Source: a virus
Lineage: Duplodnaviria; Heunggongvirae; Uroviricota; Caudoviricetes
Length of the DNA: 64,000 nucleotides
IMG/VR virus record: IMGVR_UViG_3300042398_001452
Strand: one strand, 5' to 3'
Shown piece by piece: positions 51,103 to 60,304 of the stretch. The translations under genes were made by a program, and so were the position numbers. Every line of letters starts with the position of its first letter. Position 1 is the stretch's first letter. The notes below the pieces were generated by a model. It was not told the origin of the DNA and did no database searches. It saw nothing but the letters and a program-made list of their open reading frames with translations.

Positions 51103-51840
51103 ATGAGGCATCTAAAAAGTATAGAAGAATTTAAAAAAGTAAATGAGCAGTTATTTAAAAGCGAAGGATCTTTTTTTAATAAGATGTTAAATCTAGGAGA
51201 CACAAAGAATGATAATACAGCATCCGCGGGTGGTACAGGTTCTTCTTCAGGTTCTTCTTCAGGTTCTACTGGAACTATAGACAATAAAGTCGATATATCA
51301 GATTATGGAAAATTCAGTGAGGCTAAGGACAAAAAAGCTCCTTTAGTAGTTGTATATGGTGGAATAGATGTTGGTGGTAAGAAAAGTGGCGTATATATGT
51401 ATGACTATTTAAATACCCTAGGAAATTCAGTAAATTTGTTTGTAGCTAAAGATGCTAGTATTAACGGAAAATCTGCATATACATCTTTAAAAAATAAATT
51501 ATCAGATCTATCAATAACACCATCTAAAAAGATATTATATCTTTTCTCCGGAGGATGGAGTCCAGGTAAAGATCTATTGAGCTCTGTTTCTGCATCTGAA
51601 TTTGATACAATATACCTAGTAGATATATGGATGGGTAAAGATGCTTCTTCTAGTTTTTATAAAAAATTAGCAGCAGACAACAGAAGCAAAGTTAAGTATT
51701 TCTACACTAGCTTTGGTGCTAATGATAAATCTGCTAGCGATGCAATTATTAAGACAGTAAACACTTCTAAATTAAATGGAAATAACGATCATATGTCTAC
51801 TAACACAGATGCAGTTTCAGATTTAAAAGGAATAATATAA
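51103..51840 (+). CDS. leader-family protein (MRHLKSIEEFKKVNEQLF) with Gly/Ser linker, about 245 aa
   Basis: Track ORF 51025..51840 trimmed to the leader ATG. Shares EQLF after the leader with the next gene. Confidence 0.6.
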   Translation: MRHLKSIEEFKKVNEQLFKSEGSFFNKMLNLGDTKNDNTASAGGTGSSSGSSSGSTGTIDNKVDISDYGKFSEAKDKKAPLVVVYGGIDVGGKKSGVYMYDYLNTLGNSVNLFVAKDASINGKSAYTSLKNKLSDLSITPSKKILYLFSGGWSPGKDLLSSVSASEFDTIYLVDIWMGKDASSSFYKKLAADNRSKVKYFYTSFGANDKSASDAIIKTVNTSKLNGNNDHMSTNTDAVSDLKGII

Positions 51841-51849
51841 TATAAAAAA

Positions 51850-52626
51850 ATGAAGCATTTAAAAAATATAAAGGAGTTCGGATTGGTTTACGAGCAGCTA
51901 TTTAGTCAAGAGCTTGCAGCATTTAATAAACTTATGGGTATATCTGTTGAAGAAACAGGAATGGCTGAGCCAAATATGATTTCAGCTGAGAACCCTTCCG
52001 GATTAGGAACTGCTCCAGTATCTGTTGTTAAACTGAACACTAATCAATTAGATAATTACGGATCTACTGTTGGGATAACAGAGAAGGGAGACTCTTCCAG
52101 CTTAAACCAGCCATCAAGGGGTCCTTTAGGAAATATAGTAAACTCAGCTTATGCAAATTTAAATGTTTCAACAAGAAGAATCCCTGGAACAATGGGGGGA
52201 AATCTTGGATGTGCAGCTGCTGTTTCTATTATATTTTACAGAGCTACTGGATATGCAATAGCAGGATCAGGAGCTATAACTTTGGGAACTTCAAGTATGT
52301 GGAGCCACATGGATGCAGAAAGCAAAAAATCCGATGGAGTTTGGCAAAAAATAACTAATTGGAAAACAGATTCTCAGCCTGGTGATATAATATTAACATC
52401 TAGAGCAACTAAAGCAGGACACGTGGGAGTTGTAGTAGAGGGAGGAAATATTATATCTAATTCTTCTGGAGGGTTTCAAGGAGACAGAAAAGGTCAAATA
52501 GAATTAAATTATAATCTAAATACTTGGCAAAGCGTAGCAAACAGAAATCCTACACAAACAGCATCTTTTAGATATAGAGGTCCTTACAAATCAACATGGG
52601 GTAAAGAACAAGCTCCGATAGCATAA
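51850..52626 (+). CDS. CHAP-domain (cysteine/histidine amidohydrolase-peptidase) protein with leader MKHLKNIKEF, 258 aa
   Basis: GNLGCAAAVSIIFYRATG (catalytic Cys context) followed by GDIILTSRATKAGHVGVVVEG (catalytic His context), matching the CHAP/NlpC-P60 topology. Confidence 0.7.
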   Translation: MKHLKNIKEFGLVYEQLFSQELAAFNKLMGISVEETGMAEPNMISAENPSGLGTAPVSVVKLNTNQLDNYGSTVGITEKGDSSSLNQPSRGPLGNIVNSAYANLNVSTRRIPGTMGGNLGCAAAVSIIFYRATGYAIAGSGAITLGTSSMWSHMDAESKKSDGVWQKITNWKTDSQPGDIILTSRATKAGHVGVVVEGGNIISNSSGGFQGDRKGQIELNYNLNTWQSVANRNPTQTASFRYRGPYKSTWGKEQAPIA

Positions 52627-52668
52627 ATCGTTTTTTTATCCAAATAATAATATCTAATTTTACACTGT
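52626..52668 (+). promoter_or_regulatory. EPM variant
   Basis: AAATCGTTTTTTTATCCAAATAATAATATCTAATTTTACAC upstream of 52729. Confidence 0.35.
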
Positions 52669-52728
52669 TATGAAAACGTATCTACTAAATAAATCTCTAA
52701 AGCTCTGCTAACTATAAGTTAGTAGTAT

Positions 52729-53433
52729 ATGAAAAAGAGAAACAAAAAGTGGGCTAAGAAAAAAGATTACCTTAGACTCAGAAGAGAACTTGATAAAAAT
52801 CACGATTCTCAAAAAAACCTAGGATGGATCGAACTAGAAGAACCAATATTCATTGGTTGGAAAGCAAAAATAGAACCTCGTAAGGATATACAAAACAGGG
52901 ACGATTCTTGGGTCTTTTGGAAAATTTGTGAAAGTTTTTCAACTGATGTTTTTGCAAAAAGGATCAAAGATTTCGATTGGAATAGAAAAAAACCAATAAA
53001 TAATTGGTGTGTACATCGACCCCCACATGTAAAGTGTATAAATGATTTAGTCTATAATAGTCTTCATCCACAGGTACAAAAATATTTTACAGAAGATCCT
53101 TTTTTATCTAAAGATTACAAATATAGATTTGGTACTTGGTATTCTTGTAACATCCCAGATTTTTTCTGGGATATTGTTTATGTAAAAGAATACAAGAATA
53201 AAGTCAGAGTTCTAGACGAGATTATTTTACAAGAGGAAGATGATATTGAGAAGGAAATATATCAGAATCACTACTGGTCATATAAATGGTTTAAAGGAGC
53301 GCCTAAGCACTTTCGAAACACATTGAATAGAATACAAAGGGCTAGGTCAAAAGAGGACCTTAGAAATCAAATAAATGGGGAAGATCCTTATTGGACGCCT
53401 AATTATAAAAATGCAAAATGGCTTTGGTGGTAG
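52729..53433 (+). CDS. hypothetical basic Trp-rich protein (234 aa)
   Basis: Track ORF with an EPM-variant upstream. Confidence 0.6.
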   Translation: MKKRNKKWAKKKDYLRLRRELDKNHDSQKNLGWIELEEPIFIGWKAKIEPRKDIQNRDDSWVFWKICESFSTDVFAKRIKDFDWNRKKPINNWCVHRPPHVKCINDLVYNSLHPQVQKYFTEDPFLSKDYKYRFGTWYSCNIPDFFWDIVYVKEYKNKVRVLDEIILQEEDDIEKEIYQNHYWSYKWFKGAPKHFRNTLNRIQRARSKEDLRNQINGEDPYWTPNYKNAKWLWW

Positions 53434-53475
53434 AATCATTTTTTTATTGTGAATGTAATCTCTACATTTGAAAAA
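53434..53475 (+). promoter_or_regulatory. EPM copy
   Basis: AATCATTTTTTTATTGTGAATGTAATCTCTACATTTG upstream of 53487. Confidence 0.5.
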
Positions 53476-53486
53476 AATTTTAATTT

Positions 53487-53711
53487 ATGACAGAAAAAGT
53501 AATTAAGGTAAAGGACAATTATCGAACAAATCCTGAAAGCCACATTCCTGGTGGCTCCGTAGTAGAGACCTTTAATGATAAAGGTATAAGACTCGTTTAT
53601 GATAAGATTAAAAATCCGGGGGCTTATATCCGGAGAATAACCAAGGATGAGTCCATAATTAGGGTTTATGTAGATGGTGAGCTTAAATTCGATAGGAATG
53701 GAGAGCAGTAA
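53487..53711 (+). CDS. hypothetical protein (74 aa)
   Basis: Track ORF with a good EPM copy upstream. Confidence 0.5.
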   Translation: MTEKVIKVKDNYRTNPESHIPGGSVVETFNDKGIRLVYDKIKNPGAYIRRITKDESIIRVYVDGELKFDRNGEQ

Positions 53712-54057
53712 ATTTACGGATCTAGTTTATTTTGGCTACGATCATTATGGAGAGGAAGCAGACAATGCCCAAAAAGACGAAAAGGAATTTATAGAAACCC
53801 TCAGTAAAAGGTTTCCTTCCGTAGAGTTTAAGGATGCTTACGATCAAATTAAAGGATTTAGACGAGAGGTTATCCTAGATGGGTCATTACAGGACCAATA
53901 TTATTCTTGGATATTTGCTTTTGGTTGGCACAATTACTCCTTGAGCGTATCTCTAATGATGGCTAGCATAGACGGAAAAGATGATGCTATAAAATATATC
54001 GATTTAGCAAAAACAGAATATCCACAAAATTTTAAAAACGAAGAAAATGGAAAATAA
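53698..54057 (+). CDS. hypothetical protein (about 119 aa; track ORF 53674..54057 trimmed to ATG 53698)
   Basis: Coupled with the upstream stop. Confidence 0.5.
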   Translation: MESSKFTDLVYFGYDHYGEEADNAQKDEKEFIETLSKRFPSVEFKDAYDQIKGFRREVILDGSLQDQYYSWIFAFGWHNYSLSVSLMMASIDGKDDAIKYIDLAKTEYPQNFKNEENGK

Positions 54058-54463
54058 AGAAATTAAAAACGAAAGAAATCCGGAATCAAACTCTTTTTTA
54101 TTGGATATACAAATGCACAATAGCATAGAACCAGAAATTGCAAGCTCTCTTGCAAAAGATATAGCCAAATATGTATCAGATAGAGAAAAAGTAGAATCGT
54201 GCCTTATTAGTTACATGAATCATAAAAAAGGGGAGGTTTCGTTTGTTATATGTAATAACGAAATTAGAAGAATGATAGATTTTAGCTGGGATGATGATAG
54301 GATAACGGAAGGATCCATTCTTTATACCGATGGAGAACATTTTCCATTAAATAAAAAAGATATCTCTAGAATTAATAAGGAAATATATTCAATACCTGGA
54401 TCTTTTATAGAGTCAGCAATGGATACAGTAACATTAAATTTTATTGACCATCTAATAAAATAA
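54047..54463 (+). CDS. hypothetical protein (138 aa)
   Basis: Track ORF. Confidence 0.55.
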   Translation: MENKEIKNERNPESNSFLLDIQMHNSIEPEIASSLAKDIAKYVSDREKVESCLISYMNHKKGEVSFVICNNEIRRMIDFSWDDDRITEGSILYTDGEHFPLNKKDISRINKEIYSIPGSFIESAMDTVTLNFIDHLIK

Positions 54464-54481
54464 TATCTCTAAGAATTTAAA

Positions 54482-55078
54482 ATGAAAGATCCAATAGAGA
54501 TATGGAAAGATGTTAATCATCCAATATTTTGGAAGTATTATCAAGTAAGTAATTTAGGTAGAATAAAGACCAAAGGAAGATATGTAACCAGGGGAGGCCC
54601 AGAGAATGAATACACTTTCTGGTTAGATGAAAGAATAGTTTCTTGTAGAAGATCTAAAGAAAACCCACACCTTTTTTGTTCACTTTACGCTACTAAAGTT
54701 CTTCTTAAGAATAAAACATCATATTTACATAAGTTGGTTGCTGAGGCCTTTATAAAAAAACCAAGCAAAGATCATGTTTATGTTACTCACATAGACGGAG
54801 ATTATGATAATAATATGGCTATAAATCTTAAGTGGATAACTGCATCAGAGAATTCAAAAAGAAATCTAGAAAAATATCCAGAGAACAGAAATAAATTAAA
54901 AGACCACAACGATAAAGTGGGATATTACGAAAAACTAAGACATCCAATATGGGAGGATAAGAATATTAAAAAGGTTGATAAGATGATTTCTTGGGGGGTT
55001 TCGTATAAGGAGATACAAAGGATATATGGATGCTCAGAAGCAACACTTTATAAAGTAATTAAAAAATTAAAAAAATGA
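54482..55078 (+). CDS. HNH homing endonuclease (NUMOD4 + HNH_3 type, with C-terminal HTH), 198 aa
   Basis: IWKDVNHPIFWKYYQVSNLGRIKT (NUMOD4-like) followed by LHKLVAEAFI..P....VTHIDGDYDNNMAINLKWITASEN (HNH_3), then GVSYKEIQRIYGCSEATLYKVIKK (HTH). Confidence 0.8.
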   Translation: MKDPIEIWKDVNHPIFWKYYQVSNLGRIKTKGRYVTRGGPENEYTFWLDERIVSCRRSKENPHLFCSLYATKVLLKNKTSYLHKLVAEAFIKKPSKDHVYVTHIDGDYDNNMAINLKWITASENSKRNLEKYPENRNKLKDHNDKVGYYEKLRHPIWEDKNIKKVDKMISWGVSYKEIQRIYGCSEATLYKVIKKLKK

Positions 55079-55581
55079 AGTATTTAGATTATGAAGTTAC
55101 TAAACTTCCAGACAGTGTAGAAAATTTGTTCTGCAAACCTTTAGACGAAAATGGGGAGATACAAAGGGCTAGCGATGACCAGATGAGAATTATATTATTT
55201 TCTATGACCTCCGGTAGCCAAGAGATAGATGAAATGTATGATAAGCTAAAGAAAGAATATATGATTCTTCCTATATTGGATGATAGGCTTAGATCTTTTG
55301 GGTGTAAATTAGATAAAGCTTCAAGGATACTAATTTCCCTTTCATGTAAAACCCCAGGGGAGGCTGTTATGTATTCTTGTTATCTAGCTTATAAAATGAA
55401 AAAATTAGGGATTGACTTTTTAGATATTGAAAAAATTTGCACAGATATATTTCCCACTGGTTTTTTTACAGAAAAATCCCTTCATGACCACTGGGATATA
55501 CAAAAAGTAAAAACTGAAGGTAATTATGGATCTGATAATTTATTGGATTATAGATCAGCATCAGAAAGTTTAATGAAATAA
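55075..55581 (+). CDS. hypothetical protein (168 aa)
   Basis: Track ORF. Confidence 0.55.
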   Translation: MKYLDYEVTKLPDSVENLFCKPLDENGEIQRASDDQMRIILFSMTSGSQEIDEMYDKLKKEYMILPILDDRLRSFGCKLDKASRILISLSCKTPGEAVMYSCYLAYKMKKLGIDFLDIEKICTDIFPTGFFTEKSLHDHWDIQKVKTEGNYGSDNLLDYRSASESLMK

Positions 55582-55737
55582 ATTTATAATACCTTTCTAT
55601 AATAATTAAAAGAAACATGGAAAGTAATGAATATATCATTAAGGAAATTGTAAATCTTATAAAGGATTATCCTAATGATTACGAACTAGGTAAAAAAGTT
55701 AGAGAAATATTTAGAGACAAAGTAAAGGAGGAGAAAG

Positions 55738-56142
55738 ATGATAATGGGGATTGATTTTGACGGAACTTGTGTATCTCACGAATTTCCACTGGTAGGAAAC
55801 GATATAGGAGCGGTTTCTGTTCTTAAAGATATTGTAGAAAGTGGAAATAGTCTTATTTTATGGACAATGAGATCTGATAATAATAAAGGTCTTTTCTTAG
55901 CTGCCGCTGTAAAATGGTTTTCTGATAATGATATACCACTATGGGGAATACAAAGAAATCCCTTACAAGATAGTTGGACTAGTTCTCCTAAAGCTTATTG
56001 TGAGATGTATATAGATGACGCAGCTTTAGGATGTCCACTAAAAACAGATTTAGTAATATCTTCTAGACCTTTTGTAGATTGGGAAGAAGTTAGAAAAATC
56101 CTAACAAATCAGGGGGTTATTAAAATAAAGGGAGCTCAATGA
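55738..56142 (+). CDS. HAD-superfamily hydrolase-like (nucleotidase-like) protein, 134 aa
   Basis: N-terminal GIDFDGTCV is a DxDGT motif I. Confidence 0.45.
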   Translation: MIMGIDFDGTCVSHEFPLVGNDIGAVSVLKDIVESGNSLILWTMRSDNNKGLFLAAAVKWFSDNDIPLWGIQRNPLQDSWTSSPKAYCEMYIDDAALGCPLKTDLVISSRPFVDWEEVRKILTNQGVIKIKGAQ

Positions 56143-56654
56143 TCAAGTATTATGCTGGTATAGGTTCTAGAGAAACTCCTCCCGGTATAGAACCAATGAT
56201 AGAGGAGATATCCAAGATTCTTAATAAGTTCGGATATGTTCTTAGATCAGGAGGGGCAGATGGATCTGACTATATGTTTGAAAAATATTTTGATGGCGAA
56301 AAAGAAATATATCTTCCTTGGAAAGGATTTAACAAAAATGATTCAGATTTATATCTAGATAATATAGATCTGGATTTAATAGAAAAATCTAAAGAAATAG
56401 CTAAAAAATTCCATCCATCATGGAATTTTTTATCTGATGGGGGTAGAAAGCTTATGATTCGAAACACTTTTCAAATTCTAGGTAAAGATTTAGAGACTCC
56501 TTCTTCTTTCGTTGTCTGTTGGACCCCAGGAGGTAAAATAACAGGAGGGACTGGGCAGGCTTTAAGAATAGCTAAGAGTTTATCTATACCAATATTTAAT
56601 CTCTACGATAAAGATTGCTTACATAAAATAAAATTACACATAACAAATAATTAA
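56139..56654 (+). CDS. DprA/SLOG-superfamily Rossmann-like protein, 171 aa
   Basis: YAGIGSRETPP...GYVLRSGGADGSDYMFEK resembles the GSR...SGGA.G.D core of DprA/Smf-like proteins. Confidence 0.5.
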   Translation: MIKYYAGIGSRETPPGIEPMIEEISKILNKFGYVLRSGGADGSDYMFEKYFDGEKEIYLPWKGFNKNDSDLYLDNIDLDLIEKSKEIAKKFHPSWNFLSDGGRKLMIRNTFQILGKDLETPSSFVVCWTPGGKITGGTGQALRIAKSLSIPIFNLYDKDCLHKIKLHITNN

Positions 56655-56658
56655 AAAA

Positions 56659-57231
56659 ATGGCAGAAACAGTTAATTTACCCAATCCAAAAGACCGGAAT
56701 CTTTTCTTCAATAGACAAGTAAACCAAAGCTCGGTAAATGATCTTTGTAAGAATCTAGTAGATATTTCAGAGCATGACCAGTATATCAAAAAGATATATG
56801 AAGCACATGATCTTATATACGTACCAAAGCCTATTAAAATATATGTAGATTCTTATGGTGGATACGTATATCAATGTCTAGGTCTTATAGGGATAATGGA
56901 AACATGTAAAACCGAGATTCATACAATTGTAACTGGATGTGCTATATCTTGCGGATTTTTAATAGCCATATCAGGACACAAAAGATTCGGATATGATAGA
57001 TCAACTTATTTATATCATCAGGTAGCAGGAGGAGCTTTTGGAAAGGTTAAGGATATAGAAGAGGAACTTTTAGAGATCTTAAGATTACAAGAAACTACAG
57101 AGGATATAACCCTAAGAAAAACTTCAATAAGTAAAAAAATGCTAGAGAAAGTTTATAAAGGCAAAAAAGACTGGTATATGGATAGTAGAGAGGCATTAAA
57201 ATTAGGTGTAATAGACGAAATAATAAAATAA
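56659..57231 (+). CDS. ClpP-family serine protease, 190 aa
   Basis: IYVDSYGGYVYQCLGLIGIME...IVTGCAISCGFLIAISG...YLYHQVAGGAFG follows the ClpP pattern (nSpGG....aIyD.m......T...G.AaSmg..ll..G.....p.s.imiHQp.gg). Confidence 0.75.
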   Translation: MAETVNLPNPKDRNLFFNRQVNQSSVNDLCKNLVDISEHDQYIKKIYEAHDLIYVPKPIKIYVDSYGGYVYQCLGLIGIMETCKTEIHTIVTGCAISCGFLIAISGHKRFGYDRSTYLYHQVAGGAFGKVKDIEEELLEILRLQETTEDITLRKTSISKKMLEKVYKGKKDWYMDSREALKLGVIDEIIK

Positions 57232-58658
57232 TGTCCGAGGATAAAATTATATCTAAGTCTATAGTAGATCTTTCAACTCTAAACGAGGATCAGAGAAAAT
57301 CATTTGATTTAATGAAAGATTTCATTTATGACAGGAATGATGACGATATTTATGTTTTAAAGGGATGGGCAGGTACTGGTAAAACATATTGTGTAAGCAT
57401 ACTTGTTAGATATGTTCTTGATGTAATATATCCAGACAAAAATTGGTACAAAATAGCTGTTACTGGTCCAACGAATAAATCGGTTAGGGTTATTAAAAAA
57501 AGTACAGGTATAAAAAATCCTAGGGTTGTTTTTCAGACTATACATAAAATGTTAGGTCTAACAGAGAGAATAACACAGGACGGGCAACAGGAATTTGTTA
57601 ATCAGGGTGATTTTGTTCCACCTATTGAGAAAACAAAATTGCTTATAATAGATGAGGTTTCTATGCTCAATGATGATCTATTCCACGAGATATTGAGATA
57701 TAGGGATAAGGTTAAAATTATATGTATGGGAGATCCTGCTCAGATCCCACCAGTCGGTAAGCCTGATTGCATACCATTCAGAGATGAATTTTCTGAAATG
57801 TATGGTATAAAAACAATAGAGCTTAAAACTATAATGAGACAGAAGGGAGATAATCCAATTATAAGCACTTCTGTTACTATAAGAAATGATCTAGAAAATC
57901 CTTACGTTGATACAGGAAATGATTCTAGATTAAATGATAGAGGCGAAGGGATAGAAATAATAAATCTAAATTCCAGCGACAAAAGAGTTACCTTCTCTGA
58001 TATATTATCCAGCTATTTTAAAACTGAAGAATTTAAAGAAGATTCAGAATATTCTAAGATTATAGCTTGGAGAAATAAAACGGTTGAAACTATGAATAAT
58101 CTTGTTAGAAAGGTTATTTATGGAGAGGAGAATATAGGATCTAAAATATTGATAGGAGAGAAGCTTATAGCTAATAATCCAATAATGGATATGAATCAAA
58201 TACTTTTTAATACTAACGACGAATTCAGTGTTGAGGAGTTTGAGATAAAAAAAGAAAAGGTTAGAGTTGGAGATGATGAGGGTATACTAAAATATTATGA
58301 AGCAAGGGTCAGTTACTTAAATGATGACGACAAAAAGATTTATTATTATATAGATATACTACACGAGGATAGCGAATCCTATTTTAATGTTCTAGCAGGG
58401 AAACTTAAAAAAATAGCTATAGAGAAAAGAGGAAAAGAAAAATCCTGGATAAAGTACTACGAATTTATTAGAAGATTTGCAGATGTTAGTTATGCTTATG
58501 CAATAACAGCTCATAAATCTCAAGGGAGTACATATAATACAGCTTTTGTTCTCGAAGACGATATAGATGTTAATACTAATATAGTTGAGAGAAATAGAAT
58601 AAAATACACAGCATACACAAGATCAAGTAAAAAATTATATGTACTTAAACGATTTTAA
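57231..58658 (+). CDS. Dda/RecD-like superfamily-1 DNA helicase, 475 aa
   Basis: Walker A GWAGTGKT, Walker B LLIIDEVSM, GDPAQIPPV, and C-terminal AITAHKSQGST motif. Confidence 0.85.
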   Translation: MSEDKIISKSIVDLSTLNEDQRKSFDLMKDFIYDRNDDDIYVLKGWAGTGKTYCVSILVRYVLDVIYPDKNWYKIAVTGPTNKSVRVIKKSTGIKNPRVVFQTIHKMLGLTERITQDGQQEFVNQGDFVPPIEKTKLLIIDEVSMLNDDLFHEILRYRDKVKIICMGDPAQIPPVGKPDCIPFRDEFSEMYGIKTIELKTIMRQKGDNPIISTSVTIRNDLENPYVDTGNDSRLNDRGEGIEIINLNSSDKRVTFSDILSSYFKTEEFKEDSEYSKIIAWRNKTVETMNNLVRKVIYGEENIGSKILIGEKLIANNPIMDMNQILFNTNDEFSVEEFEIKKEKVRVGDDEGILKYYEARVSYLNDDDKKIYYYIDILHEDSESYFNVLAGKLKKIAIEKRGKEKSWIKYYEFIRRFADVSYAYAITAHKSQGSTYNTAFVLEDDIDVNTNIVERNRIKYTAYTRSSKKLYVLKRF

Positions 58659-59013
58659 TCTAAGACACCTATTAGCAATATTTTTTGCTATTGGTATAGC
58701 ACACGAGGCTAATATTTTATTAGGATTATCATTTCCTATTTTGTCCCTAATTTATACAGTTGGGCTACTATTAATAATATTTAATTTTACACAGCTAAAA
58801 AACTATGTTTGGCCTCCTGGATTAGGTATAATTGGTATTTTTTCACTGATCTATTTTATATTTCTTTTAATTGGATATGGTGAGAAATTTTTTAGAGATC
58901 TTTCTTCCGTCATATCCATATTGGTTTGGTTTAAATGTATATCATATCTAACAGATAATAATAGCGAGGAGGATCAAGATGACGGGTGGGAAATAAACGA
59001 AGAAAATGAATAA
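58639..59013 (+). CDS. hypothetical membrane protein (124 aa)
   Basis: Track ORF with three hydrophobic segments and an acidic tail. Confidence 0.5.
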   Translation: MYLNDFNLRHLLAIFFAIGIAHEANILLGLSFPILSLIYTVGLLLIIFNFTQLKNYVWPPGLGIIGIFSLIYFIFLLIGYGEKFFRDLSSVISILVWFKCISYLTDNNSEEDQDDGWEINEENE

Positions 59014-59446
59014 AAAAATGAAGACATCAGAAAAGTATAGACATATAGGATATTCATACCCAGGGGTACCAAATCCATGGAAACCTATAGTTGAAAAAGC
59101 AATAGTAGAGATAGAAAAAGAAATGTGGCCTAGATGGATACCTCTTTTTATAAAAAGATTGATACATTACTTAGCAACTGGAAATAGTGTGGTTAGAGTT
59201 AGAAGTTGGTTCTGGTATAGAATAAGAACAAAATTAACCAAAGGACAAATTATAACCGATATTAAAGATAAGTTTGCTACTCTAAGAATTTATGGGCATT
59301 TTGGAGAGGAGATAGAAAAAATAATAGAGCAAGCTGAAGACGAATGTTACAAAACATGTGAAAGGTGTGGTGGTAAAGAAAAAGTTAGAAGCGTCGGTAA
59401 AGGATGGATATACAATCTATGCAAAACGTGTAGAAAACCAAAATAA
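59006..59446 (+). CDS. hypothetical protein with C-terminal zinc ribbon (146 aa)
   Basis: CERCGG...CKTCRK. Confidence 0.55.
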   Translation: MNKKMKTSEKYRHIGYSYPGVPNPWKPIVEKAIVEIEKEMWPRWIPLFIKRLIHYLATGNSVVRVRSWFWYRIRTKLTKGQIITDIKDKFATLRIYGHFGEEIEKIIEQAEDECYKTCERCGGKEKVRSVGKGWIYNLCKTCRKPK

Positions 59447-59485
59447 TCATTTTTTATATCAATAAAAAATTCCTATCTTTATAAT
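59445..59485 (+). promoter_or_regulatory. EPM variant
   Basis: AATCATTTTTTATATCAATAAAAAATTCCTATCTTTATAAT abutting ATG 59486. Confidence 0.45.
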
Positions 59486-60304
59486 ATGAAAGTACTAACA
59501 TTAGGAGATGTACATGGTCGTGATAGGTGGATGTTTCATACACACGGAAGCCCTTACGAGTTCAATCACTGGATGACATTGGTTGAGAATGGAGTACCTG
59601 CGGACGAAGCCGAATTTTGGAAAGAAATGCCTTATATGCAATACGATAAGATTGTATTCGTTGGCGATTATGTTGATAGCTTCGATATTAGCAATGCCGT
59701 TATATTAGACAATCTTAAAAAAATACTTTTCTTTAAAAAAGCATTACCTGATAAGGTTGTACTTTTACTTGGAAATCATGATATTCAATATTTCGTTCCT
59801 AACGAAGTATGTAGCGGATATAGAGCAGAAATGAAACCAGATCTTTATCAGTTATTTACGGAGAATAAAGAATGTTTTAAAGTGGCTCACTTAGAGAAGG
59901 ATAATACGGGGGTTAAGTATTTATGGACACATGCAGGTGTTACCAATGGATGGCTAAAAGATGTTTGTAAAGATATTAATAATCCAAGATATAGACATTA
60001 CGAAATAGCTAAGGATTTTGATCCAAATGACCTAGATAAATTTATAAACGATCTATTTGAGCTTCGGGTTGACAATATATTTAACGTTGATGCTCACAGT
60101 GGTGGATATAACTTATGGGCAGGACCATTTTGGATTAGACCCACAATATTAAATGATTATCCTCTAGAAGGTGTTAATCAAATAGTAGGACACACACCAC
60201 AAAAAACGGTTAAAGATATCATCTGTGGAAAAGTTACTCATTATTTAGTAGATTGCCTTTTCGATGACTGTGACGAAGTTCTAGTTTTAGATATAGAAAA
60301 ATGA
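59486..60304 (+). CDS. calcineurin-like metallophosphoesterase (Ser/Thr phosphatase-like), 272 aa
   Basis: GDVHG, GDYVD and GNHD motifs in canonical order. EPM-like motif upstream. Confidence 0.8.
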   Translation: MKVLTLGDVHGRDRWMFHTHGSPYEFNHWMTLVENGVPADEAEFWKEMPYMQYDKIVFVGDYVDSFDISNAVILDNLKKILFFKKALPDKVVLLLGNHDIQYFVPNEVCSGYRAEMKPDLYQLFTENKECFKVAHLEKDNTGVKYLWTHAGVTNGWLKDVCKDINNPRYRHYEIAKDFDPNDLDKFINDLFELRVDNIFNVDAHSGGYNLWAGPFWIRPTILNDYPLEGVNQIVGHTPQKTVKDIICGKVTHYLVDCLFDDCDEVLVLDIEK

